A stretch of 64,000 nucleotides of DNA from an uncultured Pseudosulfitobacter sp. (GCF_963976325.1 NZ_CAXBJW010000012.1:4630-68629); one strand, 5' to 3'. Positions 45,805 to 54,953 are shown, numbered from the stretch's first letter. The notes: generated by a model from the sequence alone, not told the origin. Translations and numbers: made by a program.

Positions 45805-46653
45805 ATGATCATCGACTTTGGCGCAACGCCACCCATCGAAACCCTGTCGCTGGGCGACGGCAGCCATCTGGCCAATTACCGGCGCGTCTATGCGTCCAGC
45901 GAAAAGGCATCGGCGCGGGGGCAGACGACGCTGGACCAGTGGTTTGCGAATGTGGATGCGGCCGGGATCGACCTGACGGTGATCAAGGCGCGCGATGTCG
46001 AAACCACCTTTGGCGGGCGGGTCACCAACGAGGCGGTGGCCGAGGTGGTCGCGGCGCATCCGGGGCGGTTTCTGGGCTTTGCCGGCGTGGACCCCAACAA
46101 GGGCATGACGGCGGTGCGTGAACTGGAATACGCGGTGCGCGAGCTGGGCCTGAAGGGGCTGAACCTGCAATGTTTCGAGAACCAGTTGGCCATCGACGAC
46201 CGGCGGATGTACCCGCTCTATGCCAAATGCGTGGAGCTGGACATTCCGGTGAACATCCATGTCGGCATCAACTTTTCGCTGAAATCCTCGCCTGATTTCG
46301 GACGGCCCGAGATGCTGGACCGGGTGCTGTGCGATTTTCCCGAACTGCGCGCCATCGCGTCGCCGCCGGGCTGGCCGTGGGTGCAGGAACTGCTGGCGGT
46401 GGCGTGGCGGCAGCCGAACCTGTGGATCGGGCTGGTGGCGATGCGGCCCCGGCTGATGGCGGTAGAACACTCGGGGTACGGCCCGCTGATGCAATACGGG
46501 CGCACGGTGCTGAAGGACCGGATGATCGTGGGCACCGCATGGCCGATGCAGCCAATGGACCGCGTGCTGGACGAGGTGCGCCAGTTGCCGATCGAAGACG
46601 ACATTGCCGCGCGCTGGCTGGGCGGAAATGCCAGGACGTTCCTACAGCTTTAA
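45805..46653 (+). CDS. amidohydrolase-2 (ACMSD-like metal-dependent hydrolase/decarboxylase) family protein
   Basis: Frame of ORF 45631..46653. Start placed at MIIDFGATPP with a GGAG RBS. The IID...D...N.H.G pattern is typical of amidohydrolase_2. Confidence 0.7.
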   Translation: MIIDFGATPPIETLSLGDGSHLANYRRVYASSEKASARGQTTLDQWFANVDAAGIDLTVIKARDVETTFGGRVTNEAVAEVVAAHPGRFLGFAGVDPNKGMTAVRELEYAVRELGLKGLNLQCFENQLAIDDRRMYPLYAKCVELDIPVNIHVGINFSLKSSPDFGRPEMLDRVLCDFPELRAIASPPGWPWVQELLAVAWRQPNLWIGLVAMRPRLMAVEHSGYGPLMQYGRTVLKDRMIVGTAWPMQPMDRVLDEVRQLPIEDDIAARWLGGNARTFLQL

Positions 46654-46715
46654 CCGTTGCGTTCGCCTTTGGGGACATCCCTAATCCGGCGGACAGGACC
46701 AAAGGGAGACCGAAG

Positions 46716-48149
46716 ATGACCGATGACGATCTGTGCCGGATGACGGCAACCGAGCTTTTGCCGCTGACGCAATCCGGCAAGGTCAAGGCGGCGCGGCTGA
46801 TGCGTGCCGTGCTGGACCGGATCGAGCGGTTGGACAAGGACACCAACGGCATCGCCAACATGGACCCCGAGGCCGCGATGGCCGACGCCGAGGCCCGCGA
46901 TGCGGCACTGGCCCGCGGCGAAGCGCCGGGCGCGTTTCAGGGCATTCCGGTCACCGCCAAGGATTTGCTGAACGTCAAAGGGTTGCCGACGGAAAGCGGG
47001 TCTTTTGCGCACAAGGGGCTGATGCCCGACGCCGATGTCGAAGCCGTCGCGCGGTTGCGCCGCAAGGGGGCCATCCCCTTTGCCAAGACCGCGACGCCGG
47101 AATTCGGGCACAAGGTGATCACCGACTGCCCCACCAACGGGATCACCCGCAACCCGTGGGATTTGTCGCGCAGTTGCGGCGGGTCGTCGGGCGGCACCGG
47201 CGTGGCCACCGCCATGGGGTTCGGTCCGCTGCACCTGTCGTCAGACGGGGCGGGGTCCGGGCGCATTCCGGCGTCGGCCTGCGGTGTTGCGGGCATCAAG
47301 CCGACATGGGGGCTGATCCCGCACGAATCCACCACGGATGTGTTCGGTTCGTTCACCGTGATCGGGGTGATGGGGCGGTCGATTGCCGACCTTGCCCTGG
47401 GCCTGAACGGGATGAAGGGCATGGACCGCCGCGACCCGTGGTCCTTTGGCAGCCCCGCCGCGCCGATCACGCTGCCGGCCGATCCGGTCAAGGCGATGAA
47501 GGGGATGCGCGTGCGGGTGATGATGCGCACCGTCAACGACTGGGTCGATCCCGAGGTCGAGGCGGCGGTGCTGAACGCGGTGTCGGCGCTGACCGGGGCA
47601 GGGGCGCAGGATGTCGGCATGATCGACGATCCGGTGCATGACATTTCCAGCGCGCTGACCCATATGCGCGCCTATCAATACGCCCGCTTTGGCCATCTGG
47701 TCGAGGAATTCGGTGACCGGATGGACCGCACGGCGAAAATGTCGCTGACCTCGAACCCGCATCATTCCTATGACGCGCTGGCCATGGCGCTGCGCGCGCG
47801 GACGGATATTTTCCACAATATGGAGCATCTGCTGGACGGCACCGATGTTTACGTCACGCCCACCATCGCCACGCCGTCGCTGCCGATTGATCAGGTGCAG
47901 GATGCACCGCTGGTCGTGGACGGGGTGGATTACGGCCCGCTGCGCGAAGCGTGGTATCCCTATACCGTGCCGCAGAATGCCAGTGGCCATCCGGCGATGT
48001 CGGTGCCCGTGGGAATGAGCAGCAAGGGCATTCCCATCGGGATGCAGATCGTGGGCCCGTGGCATTCCGAGGCGACCTTGCTGACGGTCGCGGCGGCGCT
48101 GGAAAAACTGATGCCCTGGGCCGACCGCTGGCCGCCCGCGGCGGCGTGA
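46716..48149 (+). CDS. amidase (amidase-signature family)
   Basis: Frame of ORF 46329..48149. Start placed at MTDDDLCRMTATEL with a GGGAG RBS. AS signature GGSSGGTGVATAMGFGPLHLSSDGAGSGRIPA. Confidence 0.9.
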   Translation: MTDDDLCRMTATELLPLTQSGKVKAARLMRAVLDRIERLDKDTNGIANMDPEAAMADAEARDAALARGEAPGAFQGIPVTAKDLLNVKGLPTESGSFAHKGLMPDADVEAVARLRRKGAIPFAKTATPEFGHKVITDCPTNGITRNPWDLSRSCGGSSGGTGVATAMGFGPLHLSSDGAGSGRIPASACGVAGIKPTWGLIPHESTTDVFGSFTVIGVMGRSIADLALGLNGMKGMDRRDPWSFGSPAAPITLPADPVKAMKGMRVRVMMRTVNDWVDPEVEAAVLNAVSALTGAGAQDVGMIDDPVHDISSALTHMRAYQYARFGHLVEEFGDRMDRTAKMSLTSNPHHSYDALAMALRARTDIFHNMEHLLDGTDVYVTPTIATPSLPIDQVQDAPLVVDGVDYGPLREAWYPYTVPQNASGHPAMSVPVGMSSKGIPIGMQIVGPWHSEATLLTVAAALEKLMPWADRWPPAAA

Positions 48150-48155
48150 CCGTGA

Positions 48156-48192
48156 CCAAGGCCCGGCGGTGATGCCGGGCCTTGGGTCTTTT
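48156..48192. terminator. bidirectional rho-independent terminator between the convergent amidase genes
   Basis: CCAAGGCCCGGC-ggtgat-GCCGGGCCTTGG followed by GTCTTTT. Confidence 0.7.
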
Positions 48193-48198
48193 GCCGTC

Positions 48199-49605
48199 TT
48201 ACATCGGCCAGGGGCGCATTTCGGGGCGCATCTGTTCATAGGCTTTCGCCATCCGCAGCACGCCCAGATCGTCAAACCGGTGCCCCGCGATTTGCAGCCC
48301 CATCGGCACGCCGTTGGTGTCGTAGCCACAGCACAGCGACACGGCGGGCTGTTCGCTCATGTTATAGGGCACGGTAAAGCCGATCTGGTCGTGGGCGCGG
48401 GTCACGTCGTTGTTGGCATAGCCCCATTCCGCCGGAAAGCTGATGTGCGCCGACAGCGGCGACAACATGAAGTCGTAGGGTTTGGTTGCGGCGACGGTCA
48501 GCTTGCGGATGTCGACCGTGGCCTGAAACGCGCGGTAACCTTCAAGGGCGGTAAAGCCCGGCACCGGTTCGACCCATTCCAGGAAAATCGGCAAGATCTT
48601 TTCGCGGTGGCCCGGCGGCAGGTCGGCAATGTCCTTGGCGGCGCGGATGCTCCAGAAGCGGTTCAGCCCTTGCAGGATCTCGTCGGTCATCCACGGGGCG
48701 ACCTCTTCGATGATCGCGCCTGCGGCTTCGAACGCCTTGGCGGCTGCCAGCACCGGCGGGATCACCTGCGGGTCGATGGCGATGCCGCAACCGGCGTCCA
48801 GTTGCAGACCGATTTTGACGCCGGTCAGGTCCATGTCCAGATCGGTCCAGTTGATGTCGGCGGGCGGCAGGTTCATCCAGTCGCGCTGATCCGGATCGGG
48901 GCGGGCCATCACGGCCATCATCAGCGCGGCATCGTCCACGGTGCGGGTCATCGGACCGGCACAGCGGCCCATGAAGGGCGGATCAATCGGCACGCGGCCA
49001 AGGCTGGGTTTCAGACCGACCAGCCCGTTCCAGCCCGCCGGAAAGCGGACCGAGCCGCCGATGTCGGTGCCCACATGCAGCGGGCCGTACCCTGCGGCCC
49101 CCGCCGCACCGGCCCCTGCGCTGGAGCCGCCGGGGTTCATTTTCAGGTTCCACGGGTTGCGCGTCAGCGGGTGGATGCTGGACAGGCCCGACGACATCGC
49201 GCCGAACTCGGGCATCGTGGTCTTGCCCAGAATGACAGCCCCCGCTTCGCGCAGGCGGGCCGAGGGCGGCGCGTCCTGTTCGGCGGGGACCAGCGGCGTG
49301 GCGGCGGTGCCAAAGGGGACGGGCGTGCCCTTGGTCGCGATGTTTTCCTTGATGGTGGTCGGGATGCCGTCGATGGTCACGCCACCTTCGGTGATCGGGG
49401 TGCCGTTTTTCCAGCGGGCGGCCGAGTCCTCGGCGGTCTTCAACGCGCCTTCGGGGTCATAGGCATAGGTCGCTTGCAGCTCGGGCTCGCGGCGGGCGAT
49501 CTGGGCGATCACGTCGCGGGTGGCATCGACGGGGGTGGCTTTGCCGGATTTGTACAGCGCAATCAGTTGGGTCGCGGTCAGTTCGTGCAGTGACGTGGGG
49601 GTCAT
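48199..49605 (-). CDS. amidase (amidase-signature family)
   Basis: 468 aa. AS signature GGSSAGAGAAGAAGYGPLHVGTDIGGSVRFPA. Confidence 0.9.
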   Translation of the reverse strand: MTPTSLHELTATQLIALYKSGKATPVDATRDVIAQIARREPELQATYAYDPEGALKTAEDSAARWKNGTPITEGGVTIDGIPTTIKENIATKGTPVPFGTAATPLVPAEQDAPPSARLREAGAVILGKTTMPEFGAMSSGLSSIHPLTRNPWNLKMNPGGSSAGAGAAGAAGYGPLHVGTDIGGSVRFPAGWNGLVGLKPSLGRVPIDPPFMGRCAGPMTRTVDDAALMMAVMARPDPDQRDWMNLPPADINWTDLDMDLTGVKIGLQLDAGCGIAIDPQVIPPVLAAAKAFEAAGAIIEEVAPWMTDEILQGLNRFWSIRAAKDIADLPPGHREKILPIFLEWVEPVPGFTALEGYRAFQATVDIRKLTVAATKPYDFMLSPLSAHISFPAEWGYANNDVTRAHDQIGFTVPYNMSEQPAVSLCCGYDTNGVPMGLQIAGHRFDDLGVLRMAKAYEQMRPEMRPWPM

Positions 49606-49857
49606 TCCGTGGGGGTCCTTGTTTTTGCCGATGGGCCGGGCGGGTGCCGTGGGCTATTTTCGATGCAACTGTATCAATTGTTGACATAGGCATATCAACC
49701 CGACAAGCCTATTCAGGACATTTCAGGCAAAATGCGGCGGTTTGCGTGATCTGGTGCCACACATGCCACCCGCAGGGGCGCATCGGGGCAGAAATGTCGG
49801 GCGGGCGTTGCGACCGACGTGATATAGCGGCCGGATGCCACGCAAGAGAGGGTGAGA

Positions 49858-50682
49858 ATGACGAACGAGACGATCCACGCCTGGAATGGTTCCTATCCGG
49901 CGGCTGTCAACGACACCGAAACGGAGGGCAGCGACGCGTTGTTCGTCCGCGCGGCGGCGCGCACCATGCAGGTGCTGTCGGCCTTTCACGGGGCGCAGGG
50001 GCCGCTGAGCCTGACCGATATGTCCAAGGCCGCAGGGCTGGACCGCAGCACCACGCAGCGGATCATCCACACCCTGCGCAAGCTGGGATATATCCAGCGC
50101 GACGACCGCGACACGGGCTATTTGCCGGGCATTCGTCTGTACGACCATATCTTTGACACCATGCGCCTGAACGGCCTGATCCAGCGCGCCATTCCGGTGC
50201 TGTTGCAACTGCGCGACACGGTGGGCGAACGGGTGGACCTGTCGTTGATCGACGACGTGCGGCTGATCTATGCGACGCGGTTCCAGCCCAAGCGGGACAC
50301 GCTGCACGCGATGATGCTGGGGCACAGCGTGCCGATGTATTGCACGTCAACCGGCTGGTCCGTGCTGTCGCAGATGGACGAGGACGCCGCGCGCGATGTT
50401 CTGGCGCGGTCCGACCGGATGAAGTTCACCGAACATACGCTGACCGACCCCGATGCGATTTTGGAAAAGACGCGGCAGGTGAAACAGCAGGGCTACGCAG
50501 TGGCGCTGGAACAGTTGATGCCGGGCGAGATCGCCATCGGCGCGGCGATTGTGAACGCCCAAGGCGTGCCGATCGGGGCCGTCACGATCACGGCGATGCT
50601 GTCGGACTGGCCCGAAGACGATTTCGTCCGCGCCATGCGCCCGTCGCTGATGCAGGCGGTGAACATGCTGGGGCGGGGGTAG
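49858..50682 (+). CDS. IclR family transcriptional regulator
   Basis: ORF 49852..50682 (GTG). ATG at 49858 preferred. HTH is LSLTDMSKAAGLDRSTTQRIIHTLRKLGYI. IclR effector domain at the C-terminus. Confidence 0.85.
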   Translation: MTNETIHAWNGSYPAAVNDTETEGSDALFVRAAARTMQVLSAFHGAQGPLSLTDMSKAAGLDRSTTQRIIHTLRKLGYIQRDDRDTGYLPGIRLYDHIFDTMRLNGLIQRAIPVLLQLRDTVGERVDLSLIDDVRLIYATRFQPKRDTLHAMMLGHSVPMYCTSTGWSVLSQMDEDAARDVLARSDRMKFTEHTLTDPDAILEKTRQVKQQGYAVALEQLMPGEIAIGAAIVNAQGVPIGAVTITAMLSDWPEDDFVRAMRPSLMQAVNMLGRG

Positions 50683-50749
50683 GGACGGGCACCCGTGCGT
50701 CGGCGGGAACCGGCACGTCGGTGCGTGACAATCAGCATCCAGATTTGAT

Positions 50750-51952
50750 CTAGCCGACAGATCCAGTGCGACGCTTGACCGGTTGCCCCGGCAACTGAAC
50801 GTATTGCGACCAGTGGGGCATTGTCTTGACGCCCCCGCCGACGTGAATTGATCCGGGCAGGTCGTAGCCTGTGGGGAACTTCCTGGCCTTGGGGTATCTG
50901 AAGTGGGTGTCGTGGATCAACACATCCTCCCGGATCAGGGGCCAGACGAAATCTGCCAGAAACGCCTGATCACCGAACTTGTTGTCAAAATACCGGGTGT
51001 CATCCCCCAGCAATCCCGCGATATTCGGCAATACACCGGCGGTGCCGCCCCACATGCCTGCCAGAATAAGCTCGTGGTGATAGATGTGATCGCGCATGAT
51101 GTGAAACCGTTTTCCTGATTCAAGCCACGCATTCACCGCCAGCAACTCTTTGGCATTCAATCTTGAATCCGCGTCACGGCAGATAAAGACGTTTACGTCT
51201 GGATCATCCGAGACCAGAAAGCGCCACATGGGCCGATAGCGTTGATGTTCGGGCCGGTCCATCAATACAACTTGCGCGCCGTAGGCCCGTAAGGCGTGAA
51301 TCGCGTCGGCGGGCACGCTGTTGTCGCAATAGAAACGTGGTGTCCAACACACATAAATGTGCTGCGCGATCTGTGCGTTGACGATGGCGCCTGTAATGTA
51401 CTCCGGTCGATCACCCCACAGTGAAAAGGCAATGATATTGCGCGTGCGTTGCGACGGATCAAAGGTGCCGCCGCCGTCGCGCAACCGTTGCTTGCGATGT
51501 ACGGACGCCTTGAACCCCGCCAGCGCATTCCTGTCTTTCAGGCGGATGTTGTGATGGCCTTCCTGCTTTGCTTCTTGCACCTGTCCGGCGCGCCACAGAA
51601 CGCCGATCAGGGCGTTTCGCACTTCGGCGTCATCCCGAATGGTCAGCGCCGTTCTGAGCGGTGCGATTGAATCTTCAAGGCGACCGGTGTTTTTCAGGAA
51701 GGTGCCGTAGCTGGTCCATCCCTCAAAGTCTTCGGCGTTGACCTCGAGATAGGCCCGAAAGGCAGCTTCTGCCTGATCGAACCGTTCCGCATCCCGCAGG
51801 CATAAGGCAACGAACAGACCTGCCCTTGATCGGGGCAGCATTTTGCTGGCGTCGTCATAGGCCGCGGCGGCGTCCAGAAAAGCCTTTTGCTGGCGGAGTT
51901 TCCGACCTTTGGCCATCTTCAACGCATGGGGTGTGGCGGCTGATTTTCGCAT
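50750..51952 (-). CDS. TPR-repeat protein with C-terminal glycosyltransferase-like domain (hypothetical)
   Basis: 400 aa. The N-terminal ~160 aa are helical and TPR-like (AEAAFRAYLEVNAEDFEGWTSYGTFLKNTGRLEDSIAPLRTAL). The C-terminal part carries a DxD-like FICRDADSR and MRDHIYHHELILAGMWGG. GC is visibly lower than in neighbouring genes. Confidence 0.5.
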   Translation of the reverse strand: MRKSAATPHALKMAKGRKLRQQKAFLDAAAAYDDASKMLPRSRAGLFVALCLRDAERFDQAEAAFRAYLEVNAEDFEGWTSYGTFLKNTGRLEDSIAPLRTALTIRDDAEVRNALIGVLWRAGQVQEAKQEGHHNIRLKDRNALAGFKASVHRKQRLRDGGGTFDPSQRTRNIIAFSLWGDRPEYITGAIVNAQIAQHIYVCWTPRFYCDNSVPADAIHALRAYGAQVVLMDRPEHQRYRPMWRFLVSDDPDVNVFICRDADSRLNAKELLAVNAWLESGKRFHIMRDHIYHHELILAGMWGGTAGVLPNIAGLLGDDTRYFDNKFGDQAFLADFVWPLIREDVLIHDTHFRYPKARKFPTGYDLPGSIHVGGGVKTMPHWSQYVQLPGQPVKRRTGSVG

Positions 51953-52059
51953 CGAGGCCTCGATCAGGTGAGAGCCGCAACAGAAAAGTATACCTACTTA
52001 TTAATGTCAATAACATACTTTAGTATATATATGGACGGGCGGGAGATATGATTTGCCCC

Positions 52060-52548
52060 TTACCCCTCCACAATCTCGTAAGCCGTCTCGAACCAATGTT
52101 CCTCAAGGTTCACGCCCTCGCCGATGCGGTCGACCACGGCGAACAGGCCGGGCGCGTGGATCGGGGTCAGGACGCCGTGCCATGTGCCGCGGTGCAGGTT
52201 GATCGCTTGTCCCGCCGTCGTCACGAAGGCGCGGGGGGTGCCGGGTTTGCCGTTCTCGTCGGGGGCGACCACCACGACGAAAGGGTGCAGGCTCATCGGG
52301 ATAAAGGCCTGAGAGCCCTCGGGATGACGTTCGACCATGTCCAGCGTGATCGGAAACTGGCGCGGTTCGGCGTTGAACAGGCTGATGCCCGCGCGCCCGT
52401 CCGAAAAGTCCAGCGTGGCGCGGTCGTGGTGGCGGCCGCACAGGCCCTGGTTGATGATCTTGTCCGGCGTGCCCGAAACATCCAGAACATCGCCAAAGGG
52501 GGCAAACGCCTGCGCCGTCAGGGTGCTGAGTGTCAGCGTCTGGGTCAT
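52060..52548 (-). CDS. allA: ureidoglycolate lyase
   Basis: 162 aa. FAPFGDVL...INQGLCGRHHD...ERHPEGSQAFIPM...HRGTWH is typical of AllA. Confidence 0.85.
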   Translation of the reverse strand: MTQTLTLSTLTAQAFAPFGDVLDVSGTPDKIINQGLCGRHHDRATLDFSDGRAGISLFNAEPRQFPITLDMVERHPEGSQAFIPMSLHPFVVVVAPDENGKPGTPRAFVTTAGQAINLHRGTWHGVLTPIHAPGLFAVVDRIGEGVNLEEHWFETAYEIVEG

Positions 52549-53957
52549 TGGCCGAACTTCTCGATCAGGCGCAGTTCCGCGATGCGCTCAACCTGTGCGC
52601 AGGCCTCGGCAAATTCGGTGTCGCGGTCGTTGTCGATGCGGCGGGCGAAGGCGTCCATGATCGACGCCTTGGTGTTGTCGCGCACGGCGATGATGAAGGG
52701 AAAGCCGAACTTGGCGGTATAGGCGTCGTTCAGTTCGGTGAATTTCGCGCGTTCGTCGTCGGTCAGCGCGTCCAGACCGACCGAGGCTTGCTCGGCCGTC
52801 GACTCGGCGGTCAGACGTTTCGCCGTCGCCAGCTTGCCGGCCAAATCGGGGTGGGCGGTCAGCACGGCCAGACGTTGTTCGTCCGATGCGGTGCGGAACA
52901 CCCGCGCCAGCGCCTGATGGATGCCCTGCGCGGTGTCGTGGGTGCGGCCCAGTTCCAGCGCATGGGCGCCTTCGGCGATCCAGGGGCTGTGTTCAAAGAT
53001 GCCGCCGAACGCCTGCACGAATGTGTCGCGGTCCATGTCCGACGGGCGCTGCGCCGTCGGGGCAGGATGGGTGCGCGCCCAGTGCTCGGCAATCTCAAGC
53101 CGGCTGGCGAACCACACGCCATCGTGCGACTTCATATAGTCCAGCGCCCGTTTCAGCCCGGCGGCCCGCCCCGGACGGCCCGCGATGCGGCAATGCAGAC
53201 CGATCGACAGCATCTTCGGCGCGCCCTCTTGTCCTTCGGCATAGAGCATGTCGAAACTGTCCATCAGATAGCTTTCGAACTGCGCCCCGGTGGTAAAGCC
53301 CGCCTGAATGCCAAAGCGCATGTCGTTGCAGTCCATCGTATAGGGCACCATCAACTGGTCGCGCCCGTCAAACCGTTCCCAATAGGGCAGCTCGTCGGAA
53401 TAGGTGTCGGCCAGATAGGCAAACTGCCCCGTCTCGGCGGCCAGACGGTTGGTGTCCATCGAACACCGCCCCGTGTACCAGCCGCGCGGCGGGGTGCCGG
53501 TGACTTCGGTGTGCAGGCGGATGGCCTCGGCGATTGCGGCGCGTTCCTCGTCCTCGGGCATGTCCTTGTGTTCGACCCATTTCAAGCCGTGGCTGGCGAT
53601 TTCCCAGCCTGCGGTCTGCATCGCCTTGACCTGCTCGGGCGCACGGGCCAGCGCGGTGGCCACGCCGTAAACGGTGACGGGCAGGTCGGCCATCATGCGG
53701 TGCAGACGCCAGAAGCCTGCGCGCGATCCGTATTCATAGATGGTTTCCATGTTCCAGTGCCGCTGCCCGACCCAGGGCTGCGCGCCGGTGATCTCGGACA
53801 GGAACGCCTCGGACGCGGCGTCGCCGTGCAGGATGTTGTTCTCGCCGCCCTCTTCGTAGTTCAGCACGATCTGAACGGCGATCTTCGCCCCATCGGGCCA
53901 GTTGGCTGCGGGCGGGGTGGCACCATGGCCGGTCATGTCTCGGGGGTAGCGGTTCAT
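52545..53957 (-). CDS. puuE: bifunctional allantoinase PuuE (polysaccharide-deacetylase type) / OHCU decarboxylase UraD fusion
   Basis: 470 aa. The N-terminal ~300 aa are PuuE-like (YPRDMTGHG...WPDGAKIAVQIVLNYEEGGE). The C-terminal ~165 aa are OHCU-decarboxylase-like (FGGIFEHSPWIAE...LTAHPDLAGK...FGFPFIIAVR). Confidence 0.85.
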   Translation of the reverse strand: MNRYPRDMTGHGATPPAANWPDGAKIAVQIVLNYEEGGENNILHGDAASEAFLSEITGAQPWVGQRHWNMETIYEYGSRAGFWRLHRMMADLPVTVYGVATALARAPEQVKAMQTAGWEIASHGLKWVEHKDMPEDEERAAIAEAIRLHTEVTGTPPRGWYTGRCSMDTNRLAAETGQFAYLADTYSDELPYWERFDGRDQLMVPYTMDCNDMRFGIQAGFTTGAQFESYLMDSFDMLYAEGQEGAPKMLSIGLHCRIAGRPGRAAGLKRALDYMKSHDGVWFASRLEIAEHWARTHPAPTAQRPSDMDRDTFVQAFGGIFEHSPWIAEGAHALELGRTHDTAQGIHQALARVFRTASDEQRLAVLTAHPDLAGKLATAKRLTAESTAEQASVGLDALTDDERAKFTELNDAYTAKFGFPFIIAVRDNTKASIMDAFARRIDNDRDTEFAEACAQVERIAELRLIEKFGQ

Positions 53958-54110
53958 GGTGGTCTCCTTTGATCAGGTCTGCACCCCCTGTAATCCAAAA
54001 CAATCGCGGGGATTATCAAAAAATATCAGAAGCAGCCTTTTGTGCGCGATGCTTTGCCGGGGGTGCTGCGCCCTGTCTATATGCCAGCGGAACGCACAGG
54101 AGGAAATGCG

Positions 54111-54464
54111 ATGGCCGGATATTTGACAACCCATGTTCTGGACACGGCGCGGGGGTGTCCCGCGGCGGGGATGCGGATTGAGCTGTTTCGGGTCGAGGAT
54201 GGGGGGCGGACGCATCTGAAAACGGTTGAGACCAATGCCGACGGGCGCACGGATGCGCAGATCCTGCCCGAGGCGGAGTTTCAGGTCGGCACCTACGAGC
54301 TGGTGTTTCACGCGGGCGATTATCTGGATGGGTGCGGTGTGCCCCCCGAAGCGCCGCGCTTTCTGGACGTGATCCCGCTGCGGTTCGGGATGTCGGAGGC
54401 GATGCATTACCATGTGCCATTGTTGCTGTCGCCGTTCGGGTATTCGACGTATCGGGGGAGTTAG
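54111..54464 (+). CDS. uraH: 5-hydroxyisourate hydrolase
   Basis: Frame of ORF 54042..54464. Start placed at MAGYLTTHVLDTARG with an AGGAGG RBS. The C-terminal YSTYRGS is the transthyretin-like HIUase signature. Confidence 0.9.
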   Translation: MAGYLTTHVLDTARGCPAAGMRIELFRVEDGGRTHLKTVETNADGRTDAQILPEAEFQVGTYELVFHAGDYLDGCGVPPEAPRFLDVIPLRFGMSEAMHYHVPLLLSPFGYSTYRGS

Positions 54465-54716
54465 GGTCTGCGCTGAAAATGCAGCCCGAAGCCGCGCATC
54501 GACGGGCCGAGGTGCGGCGATCCAACCTGAGTGTCTGCCACTTAATGGCAGCCAAGCACATTCAACCCATCTGTTCCGCGCAACAGAAACCAAATCGCCG
54601 TGCCGTGGGGCGGCCCGGCGATGCGCGGCGGCCTGCGGCCTTGAATCCGCGCGGGGGGGAAGTCGGAAAGGCCTCAAACCCGACCTTCGCCGCAACCTCA
54701 CCTAACACCAGCCCCA

Positions 54717-54946
54717 CACACCAAAGCCCGGAATCAAGGTGCTTTAGCACCGCCGGGCAGCGCCCGACCGCCCGTCACGCCGGAGGCGTGCCTGAAATAG
54801 TCGGCGCACCTTTGGTGCGACGGGCGGGCGCTTTCTCACCGTTTTGCACTTTGTCACCCGCACGCCAAAGCGGATAGATAAAGTGGCATTAACGAAGGTA
54901 TCTGCGCCCACCCGCGGTCGGGCGCTGCCCTGTGTGGCGAAGTCAC
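54717..54946. repeat. structured intergenic repeat, copy A (RIME/MITE-like)
   Basis: Aligns by eye with 57223-57404. 17-bp long-range inverted repeat GGGCAGCGCCCGACCGC (54755-54771) / GCGGTCGGGCGCTGCCC (54914-54930). Lies in the convergent gap between uraH and a LysR gene. Confidence 0.7.
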
Positions 54947-54953
54947 GATCCCC

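Noticed and set aside
50683-52059. An IS element or integrase associated with the low-GC TPR/glycosyltransferase-like gene.
   Set aside because: No transposase- or integrase-like ORF, terminal inverted repeats or flanking direct repeats could be found by eye. Only the compositional anomaly supports horizontal transfer.
54016-54701. ORFs 53973-54701 (-) and 54016-54561 (-), which span uraH and the downstream spacer.
   Set aside because: They are antisense to the well-supported uraH gene. Their translations are Arg/Pro/Ala-rich with no motifs, so they are treated as GC artefacts.
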